NCBI GenBank assembly: GCA_964638585.1
Contig: CAZXAN010000002.1
Location: 73,291 to 137,290 of the forward strand
Length of the DNA stretch: 64,000 nucleotides
Direction: 5' to 3'
From: an uncultured Candidatus Saccharibacteria bacterium
Lineage (GTDB): Bacteria > Patescibacteriota > Minisyncoccia > Phycocordibacterales > Phycocordibacteraceae
The notes beneath the pieces are model-generated. The model was not told the origin of the DNA. It saw only the letters and a list, made by a program, of their open reading frames with translations, and did no database searches. Numbering within the stretch: position 1 is the first letter of the stretch; each line of letters begins with the position of its first letter. A program made the position numbers and the translations under genes. Positions 44,663 through 54,801 of the stretch are shown here, in pieces.

Positions 44663-45594
44663 GCTGTGATTATACCACCGCCAATCATTTCATCACCACT
44701 AAAAAAGACAACCGACTGCCCGAGTGCTGGAGTGTCCTGCAAAGTGTCAGAGCTGACAAAACGACTATTCTCAACATGTCCACGAATACGCTGACCACGA
44801 TATCTATACTGCGCTTCGGTTGCATTAGCAGAATCGCTAAACCAATTTGCATCCGCAAACTTAATCTCTCTGACGTCAGACGTACGCGTCTTAGATACCT
44901 CAATTTCTTTTTTCTCCACATCTTTCCCGATGACATACCACGGACCATTTTTGCGCGAAACGCGTTGACCTATAGTGTATAAGAGCGCGGGGTTGTCAGT
45001 GCCTAATTCTTTCTTCAAAAATTCTTCAACAGATACACTACCCAAGAAACAAATACCTTGGCTATCTTTCTTTTCTGCAACTGGCAAATTAAACCTTCGC
45101 GCAGTCTTGCGTACCGCATCCTTATTCATTTTTCCTACTGGGAAAATAGTTGCATTCAAAATATCCTTAGACACAGCCCATAAGAAATAGCTCTGGTCTT
45201 TCTCACCGCTTCTATAATGTCCCATCGCGATAGCGTCTGCACCCTCACTCATCGCGTATCTATAAAAAGCACCGAACTTCACTTCTCTATTGCACATAAT
45301 GTCTGGGTTTGGTGTGCGCCCCGCGCGATACTCGTTGATAAGATAATCAATCACACTTTTCTTATATTCAGCACTCGCATCAAGAGTTATGAAAGGTATG
45401 TGTAGTTTGGCCGCGACGCGCATCGCGTCGCGGCGCTCCTCTGCCCACGTACACGGCATGTCAGGCGGATACCAGCCCTTGATAAACACGCCAGTCACCT
45501 CTGCTCCCGCCTGCTTCAGCAACGCCGCCGACACAGCGCTATCCACCCCGCCGGACAGGCCAACGTATATCTTCTTCCCTTTCACATTCTGCAT
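44659..45594 (-). CDS. mnmA: tRNA-specific 2-thiouridylase
   Basis: PP-loop (VGLSGGVDSAVSA) and the MnmA catalytic cysteines. Confidence 0.8.
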   Translation of the reverse strand: MQNVKGKKIYVGLSGGVDSAVSAALLKQAGAEVTGVFIKGWYPPDMPCTWAEERRDAMRVAAKLHIPFITLDASAEYKKSVIDYLINEYRAGRTPNPDIMCNREVKFGAFYRYAMSEGADAIAMGHYRSGEKDQSYFLWAVSKDILNATIFPVGKMNKDAVRKTARRFNLPVAEKKDSQGICFLGSVSVEEFLKKELGTDNPALLYTIGQRVSRKNGPWYVIGKDVEKKEIEVSKTRTSDVREIKFADANWFSDSANATEAQYRYRGQRIRGHVENSRFVSSDTLQDTPALGQSVVFFSGDEMIGGGIITA

Positions 45595-45626
45595 ATAAAC
45601 ACAGTATCAAACTTCATTAAATATCT

Positions 45627-46583
45627 CTAACGCAAATACTTACGCTGGTTAGATAAGTGGCTAGAGTATGTGGTTGCGTAGTGCATCACACCATTTTTAT
45701 CGGTTAGATAGTAGAGATAATTTGTCTCTACAGGAGTAACTGCTGAGAGAAGTGCATCAAGACCTGGGTTGTTTATTGGGCCCGGTGGGAGACCAGTGTG
45801 TAGATAGGTGTTGTATGGCGAATCTATTTTTAAATCTGCTAATGATGGCGAGTATGTGTCGCGGTTAAATATATAACCGAACACAGCGTCCACTTGTAGT
45901 GGCATGCCGAGCTTTAAACGATTCCACAAAATGCCCGCTACTATGCGTCTAACTTCTGTACTTCGCGCCTCTTTCTCTAAGAGTGAAGCCATGATAACTA
46001 CGTCAGAGAAAGAATGTTCAGATACGCTGATCTTGTCTAAAATAACAGATGTTTTGGCACTGAAGTTGGCGCGCATTGATGTGACAACCGATTCAACATT
46101 AGAATCAGGAGAGAATAAATATGTATCTGGGAAAAGATATCCCTCATATTGCTTCGCTTCATTTATAAAATCTACAGACGATATCGCTGGCATAATCTCT
46201 GCAATTTTGTTTGCCACTTCTCTAACCGTTAATCCTTCAACCAAGGTCACTCGCGTTGGCGGTATATTGTATTCGCCAGCAACAAGTCTATACGCAATTA
46301 CTAGCAGATTTTCTGGATTATTAAAACGGTATGTGCCGGCCTGTACAGAACTGCTTCTACCTGAAGCACGCATTACAAACCGAAAAAGAATTGCTTTTGA
46401 TATTATGCGTGAGTCAGACAGCTCTTGAGAGATTTCAGAAATGCTTGCTCCTCGTTCTATAACAATAATCTTATCTTGTGGAAAATTTGACGGTGGCGCG
46501 ATAATAAACAAATATCCTGCATATAGTAATATGGCAAGCACAAACGATATGAGCCACCATTTATGCTCATTAATAATATTCAT
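45627..46583 (-). CDS. mltG: Endolytic murein transglycosylase (YceG-like)
   Basis: N-terminal TM helix and the EGYLFPDTY motif. Confidence 0.8.
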   Translation of the reverse strand: MNIINEHKWWLISFVLAILLYAGYLFIIAPPSNFPQDKIIVIERGASISEISQELSDSRIISKAILFRFVMRASGRSSSVQAGTYRFNNPENLLVIAYRLVAGEYNIPPTRVTLVEGLTVREVANKIAEIMPAISSVDFINEAKQYEGYLFPDTYLFSPDSNVESVVTSMRANFSAKTSVILDKISVSEHSFSDVVIMASLLEKEARSTEVRRIVAGILWNRLKLGMPLQVDAVFGYIFNRDTYSPSLADLKIDSPYNTYLHTGLPPGPINNPGLDALLSAVTPVETNYLYYLTDKNGVMHYATTYSSHLSNQRKYLR

Positions 46584-46588
46584 GGCGC

Positions 46589-47983
46589 TTACACAGGCAG
46601 ATTAGGAGGGGCTTCGCCGACTGCCGAAGTGATTCTCTCAAGGCTTGGGCTAGCTGACGAGAGCGATGGAATGTGATAAATAGTTGCGAGCTCCTCTGTG
46701 CTCATTACCATCGCATCTTTTGCGTGCTTGCCACCCTCAAAAAACGGATCGTAGAAGAACTGTCGGCGCCTGTATGCCTCTACCAACTCTTTGCGGAAAT
46801 GCGCCTTTCTCTTGTCAGCCCAAAATTCCCAAGGATAATCATCAAATGTTTTCATCCACGCAGTTGAGTTGATTCCATTCCACCCCTCTGTCGTAAAAGG
46901 CTTGAAGAGTCCTATCAAGTGACTAATGCTGATGCCGTTAACATTTTCAGGCTTAGCTATATATATACCGCGCGCGCCAACATCAAATGCGAGCTTAGAA
47001 GTATTTCTGTCAATCGCAGCCATCTTCTCTGACTCGCCCTTTGTCGGGTTCGGGAACCCTGGGCGCTCTTCTCCGGTCACGGGGTCAATATAAGGATTGC
47101 GTGCGTTCTTGCGAATCTCTTCTATGAGTTCTTGTCCTTCATCTTTCCAAGTATATGGCTTGCCCTTTGCATTCATCTTCGTGCTATTAATACCTGCCGT
47201 AGTCGTCCCATATCTCGCTTCGCCACGATGAGCGCGGATAATAAACTGTAGCCATAAATACTCTCCCTTGCCGACTGAAGCCATAAATTCTATAACATTT
47301 GCAAGCGGGTCTACTTGCTCCGGCTCCTTCTGTACTTTATCAAGCCCGTATTCAATATAAGTTTTAATCGGGAGCGGAGCGGCGGCAGTGTGTATAAAAT
47401 CACAACCCCACACGACATAATCCTCGTCTCGTGCGGTTATTGTACGCGTATAATCAGGCGCCTCAACTATTTGCACACCAGGATACTGCGCATACATTTG
47501 CGATTCAATAATCCGACGAAATTCAGCACGCGCCCATATAAAGAAATGTACTCTGCCTTCAAACGAGGCCATTTCAAGAGAGTAGAATGGTCGCGTACCG
47601 CCCTTAAATCGTGAATACCATGTCGCTTCACCGCCCGTGAGGTGGATTGATGCGAGAAATGCCTCCATGGCGAGAGGTGTCTTCACCAAGTTGCGAGGAG
47701 GTTTAATCTCAAGCAGAATATATTTCTGTTTCGCGATGAATTCTGAACGTTTAAGAACTATCCACATCTTCCACGCTCCGAGACATAACAAAAATGGTAG
47801 CCATACCGGTGCAATAAAAAGAGCCATAGAAATAGCAGACTGAACGGCACTATACATAAATACAAGTGACATCAGCAGAACAGATAGGCCGAGAATAAAT
47901 GTTGGCCACGGCTCAAATCGCACACCGGTTTTTTCAGCTATTTTGCCTTGAGCATTCTCAAGACCATGCATGAACGGCATCAT
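46589..47983 (-). CDS. Membrane protein with two N-terminal TM helices and a large soluble domain; hypothetical
   Basis: 464 aa. No family recognised by eye. Confidence 0.5.
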   Translation of the reverse strand: MMPFMHGLENAQGKIAEKTGVRFEPWPTFILGLSVLLMSLVFMYSAVQSAISMALFIAPVWLPFLLCLGAWKMWIVLKRSEFIAKQKYILLEIKPPRNLVKTPLAMEAFLASIHLTGGEATWYSRFKGGTRPFYSLEMASFEGRVHFFIWARAEFRRIIESQMYAQYPGVQIVEAPDYTRTITARDEDYVVWGCDFIHTAAAPLPIKTYIEYGLDKVQKEPEQVDPLANVIEFMASVGKGEYLWLQFIIRAHRGEARYGTTTAGINSTKMNAKGKPYTWKDEGQELIEEIRKNARNPYIDPVTGEERPGFPNPTKGESEKMAAIDRNTSKLAFDVGARGIYIAKPENVNGISISHLIGLFKPFTTEGWNGINSTAWMKTFDDYPWEFWADKRKAHFRKELVEAYRRRQFFYDPFFEGGKHAKDAMVMSTEELATIYHIPSLSSASPSLERITSAVGEAPPNLPV

Positions 47984-47998
47984 TGAGTCTAGTATAAC

Positions 47999-48036
47999 AA
48001 AAATTCGGCGACCCTATAGGGTCGCCGAATTTTTGT
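47999..48036. terminator. Bidirectional intrinsic terminator AATTCGGCGACCC-TATA-GGGTCGCCGAATT, flanked by an A-run and a T-run
   Basis: 13-bp perfect stem. CAAAA upstream and TTTTTG downstream. Confidence 0.55.
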
Positions 48037-48041
48037 GTGAA

Positions 48042-49106
48042 CTATACGACTGCGTAACGGCCGTCTTTAAGGCGCTTAAAGTAACGTGTGTCGTTAAGAT
48101 TAACCAAAACAGTATTGTCCTTCACAAAGCGGGCCTTTTTAACATGTTTTATAATCTCGTCCTTCTTGATAGGACCCATCTTCTCAATTGTCTCTCGGAT
48201 CACGTCACGCACAACTCCAGGAGTGTATCCCCATTCAGTCAGAGCATACAGTCCACGGCCTACTAGAACGAAACGCGGATCCTTAATAAGTTCATTATGC
48301 GTTGTTGCAATATGAGCCTTCTTTGAAAAAAGCGTACCGATGGCTTTTGCGACTTCAGAGAAATGCATCGGAGAGCCATGACGCTTGACCGCTAGATATG
48401 CATAATCTCGGACGCCTTTGATACGGATAGCAGGAGCGGTGGTCTTGCCCCACTGTGCGAGCGGATTAGAGCCAATATGCTTAGAGAGAGACAGCCAACG
48501 TTTTAACACTTCTTCATTTTTATATGCGTCATTAACCGCCTTAAGCTCATCAAGAAACTTATCTAGCATCTCACCCTCGGGGATAACCTCTTCGTCAGAA
48601 AGAGATACATAGAGTCTAGAGAGCGCGTCGTGAATGTGTTTGGCTGTTGCACTGTCTACGTGCCAACGTGCGAGAAAGTCGTTTGTCTCGCGTTCACGGA
48701 AGAATGCTGAATCAACCATGAGGAAAAAACGAAAACGGTTTCTGTTCTTTTCGTCCTTGCCAAGAGTGGCTAGGAGAGTGTCTTCAGAAATTATCACACC
48801 TAGTGAATCTATATAATCCGCAAGTTCTTCAAATGCTCCGCGAACGTCTTTAAATATCTTGCTGGCGCGGATAGAGTCAAGGCCGGCAGCTTCTATCTGG
48901 CGTACGCGTTCGCGTGTGATACCAAATCTATCTCCAATAGCCTCTAGTGTCTCACGCTCTGGAGAGTTGCCTAGACCAAAACGGCGTACTAGGACGTCGC
49001 GGGCGCGCTCTGGTGCAGCCGAGAGAAGTCGTTTTACGATTGCCCCACTATCAAAAGAGAAGAATGCAGCCTTCACACCCTTCTTCACATTTATGATTTT
49101 TTTCAT
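48042..49106 (-). CDS. Sigma-70 region 4-like domain with a C-terminal HARE-HTH (RpoE/delta-type HTH) domain
   Basis: RDVLVRRFGLGNSPERETLEAIGDRFGITRERVRQIE is a region-4 HTH. The C-terminal HFSEVAKAIG...LVGRGLYALTEWGY is HARE-HTH-like. Confidence 0.5.
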   Translation of the reverse strand: MKKIINVKKGVKAAFFSFDSGAIVKRLLSAAPERARDVLVRRFGLGNSPERETLEAIGDRFGITRERVRQIEAAGLDSIRASKIFKDVRGAFEELADYIDSLGVIISEDTLLATLGKDEKNRNRFRFFLMVDSAFFRERETNDFLARWHVDSATAKHIHDALSRLYVSLSDEEVIPEGEMLDKFLDELKAVNDAYKNEEVLKRWLSLSKHIGSNPLAQWGKTTAPAIRIKGVRDYAYLAVKRHGSPMHFSEVAKAIGTLFSKKAHIATTHNELIKDPRFVLVGRGLYALTEWGYTPGVVRDVIRETIEKMGPIKKDEIIKHVKKARFVKDNTVLVNLNDTRYFKRLKDGRYAVV

Positions 49107-49164
49107 GTGGTCTAATTTATAGCAAACGTATTAATAATAGTCAACCCGTCCAACAATTTGAGTA

Positions 49165-51594
49165 CTATACAACAAAATTCAAAATCTTGCCTGCTACATA
49201 AATTATGCGCTTCGGATCCTTACCGCCTAAGGCTAGGGTAACTGCCTCTATATCGCGAGCTCTTGCGATAGCCACATCTTCTGTAGCCTCTGTTTGTAAC
49301 ATAACCGATCCACGGCGTTTGCCATTTACCTGCACAACTACCTCAACTTCGCTCTCAACAAGAACGCTTGTGTCATACTCTGGCCAAGCCTGTTGGTGCA
49401 CACTATTTACACTGAGCGAACTCGAAGTGCCTTCCCCACCGAGTTTTTCCCAAAGATGTTCGGCGAGATGCGGTGCAAACGGAGCTAGCATAATTACAAA
49501 ATTCTTTACAGCTGTTTTAGGAACGTCAGATAAAGCCTCAAGCTCATTTAGCAATATCATAAGAGCAGCAACTCCCGTATTGAATTTAAATCTGTCGCCG
49601 TCTTCAGCTACCTTAAAGCTTGCTCTAGCAAGTGCGCGCTCTATTGAATTTGGCGGCGAGACACCCAAGCTACTTGGGTGTCTCGCCGCCAAGTCAAAGC
49701 GTTCCACCAGTCGTGCAGCGCGTTCAAGAAACTTCCGCATAGAAGCAACGCCCTCTAGTCCCCATGGGTAACTCCCAGGCTCGTTGTATGGGCCGATAAA
49801 GGCTAGATAGACACGCACGGCGTCTGCACCAAATTTCTGCACAAACTCATCTGGGTTAATCACGTTTCCTTTAGACTTGCTCATTTTCGCACCATCGGGA
49901 CCCATAATAAGGCCTCGATTGAAGCGTTCATTAAATGGCTCGGCTACTGGCACCAGCGCGAGGTCGTACAAAGCTTGTGTAAAAAACCGCGCATATAGAA
50001 GATGCATGGTCGTGTGCTCGCTACCACCCGAATAGCGATTAATCGGCAACCATTTTTTCATCAACGCATCGTCAGAGAAGTCGTGTGAATCTTTAGGATC
50101 CAAATATCTCAAAAAATACCAGGACGAATCAACGAAGGTATCGAGAGTGTCATATTCTGGTGTCCAACCTTCGCCAAATATTCTTGTAACTCGCTCTTTC
50201 AACTCTTGCGATGATGCGAGAGGCGCCTTACCGGTCGGTTTGAAATCTACGTCAGTCGGCAAAAGCCACGGTAAATGCTCTTTTGGAATCGCATGTGGCT
50301 TCCCTTCTGGGTCATAAACAATAGGTATGGGGCATCCCCAATATCTCTGTCGGCTCACTAACCAATCTCTGATTCTATACTGCGTTGTCTTCTCGCCGCC
50401 AACGTAAGTCACGATGTCCCACTTCGCCTCATCGCTATTTCTGCCAGTAAAGTCACCCGAATTCAAAAGACTGCCCGCATCCACATAACATTTGCCAGCT
50501 TCTCCACCACCTACTACTTCAGTTATTTTTAAACCGAATTTTTTCGCAAATTCAAAGTCGCGTTCGTCGTGAGCGGGGACGGCCATCACTGCACCAGTAC
50601 CGTACGAGTTCAAGACATAGTCGGCGACGTAGATTGGGATCTCTTCTTTTGTCGCCGGATTAATTGCCATAACACCTTCCAGCTTCACCCCCGTCTTTTC
50701 TTTGTTCTCGCTTCGCTCTCTTTCTGTCTTTTTCGCAGTCGTCTTCACATACTCCTTCACCTCTTTCGCGTTTGTGAGGGAAGTCAGACTTCCCTCAATC
50801 ATCGGATGTTCAGGCGCGAGCACAACATAAGTCGCGCCAAACACTGTGTCTGGTCGTGTCGTAAATACCTCGATCTGGAATTTGGAGTTTGTAATTTGGA
50901 ATTTCAGAAGGGCGCCTTCTGACTTGCCGATCCACGCGCGCTGCGCTTCTTTAATCTCCTCGCGCCACGGTAGATTATCCAAGCCGGTCAAGAGTCGCTC
51001 TGCATACTGTGTAATTTTAAGAAACCACTGCGTGAGGCGCTTTTCTTCAACTGCTGTCCCGCATCTATCGCATGTGCCGTCAATAACTTGTTCGTTTGCA
51101 AGAACAGTCTGGTCCTTGGGACACCACTTCACCGCCGCCTCGCGGTGCTCGGCGAGACCGTGTTCAAAGAGCTTTGCGAATAGCCACTGCGTCCAACGGT
51201 AATACTCGGGATCGCAGGCGACAACCTCCTTACTCCAATCAAACGAGGCGCCCATACTCGAGAGTTGTTCGCGCATTCTCTCCATATTTTTATATGTCCA
51301 CTCTCGTGGGTCAACACCATTCTTAATCGCAGCATTCTCGGCCGGCAGACCAAAAGCGTCAAAGCCTATAGGGAATAACACATTCTTACCACGCATGCGC
51401 AACATGCGTGCGTAAATATCAGTAACAGCAAACGCATACCAATGGCCGATGTGTAAGTCACCCGAAGGATACGGGAATTCTACGAGCAGATAGTACGGCT
51501 CTTTTGTCGTGTCGTTTAGATCAGCAGTGTAGAGGTCAAGACTAGCCCACATCTGGCGGGCTTTCTTCTCTATGTCTTGATGCTCGTACGCCAT
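49165..51594 (-). CDS. leuS: Leucine--tRNA ligase
   Basis: HIGH (PYPSGDLHIGHW), KMSKS (KMSKSKGN), and the CP1 editing domain. Confidence 0.9.
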   Translation of the reverse strand: MAYEHQDIEKKARQMWASLDLYTADLNDTTKEPYYLLVEFPYPSGDLHIGHWYAFAVTDIYARMLRMRGKNVLFPIGFDAFGLPAENAAIKNGVDPREWTYKNMERMREQLSSMGASFDWSKEVVACDPEYYRWTQWLFAKLFEHGLAEHREAAVKWCPKDQTVLANEQVIDGTCDRCGTAVEEKRLTQWFLKITQYAERLLTGLDNLPWREEIKEAQRAWIGKSEGALLKFQITNSKFQIEVFTTRPDTVFGATYVVLAPEHPMIEGSLTSLTNAKEVKEYVKTTAKKTERERSENKEKTGVKLEGVMAINPATKEEIPIYVADYVLNSYGTGAVMAVPAHDERDFEFAKKFGLKITEVVGGGEAGKCYVDAGSLLNSGDFTGRNSDEAKWDIVTYVGGEKTTQYRIRDWLVSRQRYWGCPIPIVYDPEGKPHAIPKEHLPWLLPTDVDFKPTGKAPLASSQELKERVTRIFGEGWTPEYDTLDTFVDSSWYFLRYLDPKDSHDFSDDALMKKWLPINRYSGGSEHTTMHLLYARFFTQALYDLALVPVAEPFNERFNRGLIMGPDGAKMSKSKGNVINPDEFVQKFGADAVRVYLAFIGPYNEPGSYPWGLEGVASMRKFLERAARLVERFDLAARHPSSLGVSPPNSIERALARASFKVAEDGDRFKFNTGVAALMILLNELEALSDVPKTAVKNFVIMLAPFAPHLAEHLWEKLGGEGTSSSLSVNSVHQQAWPEYDTSVLVESEVEVVVQVNGKRRGSVMLQTEATEDVAIARARDIEAVTLALGGKDPKRIIYVAGKILNFVV

Positions 51595-51603
51595 TGCCGA
51601 ACA

Positions 51604-52569
51604 CTACCTTATCTGCGGATAGAAGCTTGGGTCAATCGTGCGATCAAAGCAGACTTGACCAGCATCGTGTTGCCAATTATCCTGAACCATCTCTTTACCG
51701 CCAATTGGCGCTACTGCTAAGGGTTGTCTAGCGTATCCAGTCCAATCTCCTGATAATACCTGGGCACCACGACTTTGTGCGTTAAACGTCGCACAAAGTT
51801 TGAAAGCGAGAGCTCCGGTAGCCTGATAGACGTACGGTTCACCGCTCTGTGAATCAACCGGAATCGGCCCGTAATTGAGCGAGCTGTTTAGGTCTGTGAT
51901 AGCGCCAGGCAATTTTTGTTTCGCCTGCCAGTAATACACAACCTGCGACTGAATATTCTGTAGGTCGTTAACCTTTTGCGCATCAAAGCGCGCGAGACGC
52001 GCTTGAGCCGGTGTGCCAACAATTAAAAATCCAGAACCAATAGTTACAACTGCCAATACAGCTACGCCAACGCGAACGTACAGTCTGCGTGAAGGGTTCG
52101 TATCCCAGTAATTCTTCAAGTCAGCCAAGAAATGCATAAACACTCCTGCGGAAACGAGGATTATGACAAGTACTTTAAGCAAAAATGCCGTCGTAAGAGC
52201 CTCTCCACTCAAGAATGTTGTGAGTAGCGCGATTAGGTCGCCAACCATTGCGGCGCCCGCGAGAAAGAGCGTCAAGATAATCGCCCAGCGTCTCACCCAA
52301 ATCTCTTTACGCGAAGGGTCTCTGTCAGAATCTTTACGAATCAGATACATCAGAACCAGATACACAGGTAGTAAGACAATCACAGAAGCCATCTCACCAC
52401 TTATGCCACTTTGATAAGGGTCCGCTGGATAATACGCGAGAGGGTTTGGGAACGCGTAATTAATATAATCAAACACAAGAAATGTGTACGCGATAACAGT
52501 CCAATAAAATGACACTAGCGCCCCTGCCCACAAGAAGAAATCTTTTGCTGTTGTTTTTGGTTTGTCCAT
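51604..52569 (-). CDS. Polytopic membrane protein of the kind annotated as DUF5671 in CPR genomes
   Basis: N-terminal multi-TM region and a C-terminal extracellular domain. The DUF5671 assignment is from memory. Confidence 0.45.
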   Translation of the reverse strand: MDKPKTTAKDFFLWAGALVSFYWTVIAYTFLVFDYINYAFPNPLAYYPADPYQSGISGEMASVIVLLPVYLVLMYLIRKDSDRDPSRKEIWVRRWAIILTLFLAGAAMVGDLIALLTTFLSGEALTTAFLLKVLVIILVSAGVFMHFLADLKNYWDTNPSRRLYVRVGVAVLAVVTIGSGFLIVGTPAQARLARFDAQKVNDLQNIQSQVVYYWQAKQKLPGAITDLNSSLNYGPIPVDSQSGEPYVYQATGALAFKLCATFNAQSRGAQVLSGDWTGYARQPLAVAPIGGKEMVQDNWQHDAGQVCFDRTIDPSFYPQIR

Positions 52570-52685
52570 AGACTCGTATTATACCACTTTTATAAAAGTA
52601 AACCGCCACCGGTTAGGATGGCGGGTTGGTTGAAGAAAAGCGCGATATAGTTGGGATAGTTGTTCAACACCAGGTGTAGCACAAT

Positions 52686-53783
52686 TTAGCCGTGGAGGAA
52701 GACCATTACGTCGCCATCTTTAACTATGTAGTCCTTGCCTTCGGTGCGGAGCTTGGCTAACTCGCGAGCGGCGGCCCAACTGCCGGCAGAGATGAGATCG
52801 TCGGTGGAGACGACTTCGGCGCGAATAAATTTCTCAAGAAAATCGTTGTGAATAGCAGAGCCGGCGACAGGAGCTGTACTGCCCTCTTTAACAGTCCATG
52901 CGCGCGTCTCGTCTTCGCCGGTTGTAAAAAATGAAATCAGTCCGAGAGTCTCATATGCTCCTTTTATTAAATCGGCTAGCCCGTCTTCATTTACTCCTAA
53001 CTCCTGACGGAAGCTCTGTCTGTCGTCATCAGCAACATCATTTAGCTCTCGCTCTGTCGCCGCATCTACAAAGACGTAGCGCGACCCAAGCGACTTGATC
53101 ATCTCGTAGGCGCGCTCCGCGCGACCGTCTTTTAGCTCATCAAGATTGTGTCCACCACTCTTTCTATTTAACGCATACAAAATGGGCTTTATAGTAAGCA
53201 AGTTTAGATACGCCACACACTTCTGCTCTTCTTCTGTGAGGCTTGCGTGTAGTGCGAACTTGCCTAGAGCAAATGCCTGCTGTAGCTTGGCGAGCGCAGA
53301 ATCTTCTACAACTGCCTTTTTGTCTCCAGAGCGTAGCTCGCTCTGTATCTTATCGCGCCGTTTACGCACCTGTTCAGAATCTGCGAGTATGAGTTCAATA
53401 TTTATAACCTCTATATCTTTGTACGGTTCAACCTCGTTATGAACGTGCAGGATGTTAGTGTCGTCAAAAAATCGCACGACTTGTAGTATCGCATCGGTCT
53501 CTCTGATGTTGGATAAGAACTGGTTCCCCAATCCCTCGCCTTCTGCGGCACCCTTAACTAAGCCTGCTATATCTACAAACTCTATTGCCGCTGGGATTGT
53601 TTTTTTACTTTTTGAAAGCTCTGTGAGTTTCTGTAGTCTCTCGTCCGGTACTCCGACTATCCCGACCGAGGGATCAATCGTGCAAAACGGATAATTCTCA
53701 GCCGGCACACTGGCTTTGGTGAGTGCATTAAAAAGCGTGGACTTCCCCACGTTCGGTAACCCTACTATGCCAATTTTTAACAT
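52686..53783 (-). CDS. ychF: Ribosome-binding ATPase YchF (Obg family)
   Basis: GIVGLPNVGKSTLFNALT G1 motif and a C-terminal TGS domain. Confidence 0.85.
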   Translation of the reverse strand: MLKIGIVGLPNVGKSTLFNALTKASVPAENYPFCTIDPSVGIVGVPDERLQKLTELSKSKKTIPAAIEFVDIAGLVKGAAEGEGLGNQFLSNIRETDAILQVVRFFDDTNILHVHNEVEPYKDIEVINIELILADSEQVRKRRDKIQSELRSGDKKAVVEDSALAKLQQAFALGKFALHASLTEEEQKCVAYLNLLTIKPILYALNRKSGGHNLDELKDGRAERAYEMIKSLGSRYVFVDAATERELNDVADDDRQSFRQELGVNEDGLADLIKGAYETLGLISFFTTGEDETRAWTVKEGSTAPVAGSAIHNDFLEKFIRAEVVSTDDLISAGSWAAARELAKLRTEGKDYIVKDGDVMVFLHG

Positions 53784-53815
53784 ATTTTAAACATACAGGA
53801 GATTTGCATAAATAA

Positions 53816-53840
53816 AAAGACACTACCGTGTAGTGTCTTT
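53816..53840 (-). terminator. Hairpin AAAGACACTAC-CGT-GTAGTGTCTTT with a T-run on the minus strand
   Basis: 11-bp perfect stem. Minus-strand TTTTATTTATG follows. Confidence 0.45.
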
Positions 53841-53847
53841 GGCCCAT

Positions 53848-53940
53848 CGGGCGAGGTGACTGGTGAGTGTTTAGCGATTCTGAGACGCTAAAACTTCGCA
53901 TAAAGGATAATGCGGCTCGGACTCATCGTCACCTCGCCCG
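53848..53940. other. About 93-nt long imperfect hairpin (outer arms CGGGCGAGGTGAC / GTCACCTCGCCCG) upstream of ychF; candidate structured RNA or 3' UTR element
   Basis: 13-bp perfect outer stem, and inner arms that partly pair. Confidence 0.25.
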
Positions 53941-53992
53941 TAGCGGCGCTCGAAATGATCTAAATCTATGATAGCAGACCATGTTATTCTTG

Positions 53993-54487
53993 TCAACCTC
54001 TAGTCACAATACGAGCGTAGTGCAGTATCGCGTAGAATATTGCTGTCATAACGATGAACGCCATCACTGCCGAGCCAAATGAGATAAGTAACCAGCCAAA
54101 TGATAAATAAACTAAGAACCACCACGCAGTAAAGAGAGCTGCCGAACCAAGTCCAAACGAGACGTGTCTTCGCGCTAGCGACCACGAGACAGTAATTATG
54201 AGTAGTGCGAGTGCAATAAACATCCAGTAACTAGGTGTTAATGCCGGCTGTAGAGAGTTGTGTTGAATGTAAGAAACGACAACGAGACCAAGTGACGCGA
54301 GAAGCAGAAGCGTCATGCCAAATCTTAATCCATGAGTTAGCACGCTCAAGTGTGCGCGTTCTGCACTATCTACCTTACCGTCTCTCATGGCTCTCATATA
54401 TGCAAACTCTCCCCACACGACTGTCACTGCCCCGACGCACGCGCCGAGCGTTTGACAGAACACGAGAAATGGCACAAGCGTATTCAT
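53993..54487 (-). CDS. Four-TM membrane protein, hypothetical; last gene of the extended atp transcription unit
   Basis: Hydrophobic. 2 bp after the preceding ORF. Confidence 0.45.
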   Translation of the reverse strand: MNTLVPFLVFCQTLGACVGAVTVVWGEFAYMRAMRDGKVDSAERAHLSVLTHGLRFGMTLLLLASLGLVVVSYIQHNSLQPALTPSYWMFIALALLIITVSWSLARRHVSFGLGSAALFTAWWFLVYLSFGWLLISFGSAVMAFIVMTAIFYAILHYARIVTRG

Positions 54488-54489
54488 AA

Positions 54490-54801
54490 CTATTTTTGCA
54501 TGAGCGCCTGTAGCTCGGCACGATACTTCTTCATCACCTCCATAGACGCCTTCATCTCGCCCTCTCCACCCTTTTTTCTACGCTCTATTTCTTCGCCTAT
54601 TTTTTTAAAAAGCTGAGGATCTTTTGTAACGAGCGCAGTCATCTGCTCTCTCTGCTCCTTAGGCACATCCTTCATCTTCCACTTCGCGTATGTGTTTAGT
54701 AAGAAACTTTGGAATGACATGTGCAAATTATACCACCATAATAGAAGAGCCGCCCGAGGACGCGAGTGATACTCGGGCGTCTCTTCGTGCGGCTTTCTCA
54801 C
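54490..54801 (-). CDS. Hypothetical protein with a Lys/Glu-rich helical C-terminus
   Basis: ORF overlapping the upstream gene by 4 nt (translational-coupling style). Confidence 0.35.
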   Translation of the reverse strand: MRKPHEETPEYHSRPRAALLLWWYNLHMSFQSFLLNTYAKWKMKDVPKEQREQMTALVTKDPQLFKKIGEEIERRKKGGEGEMKASMEVMKKYRAELQALMQK

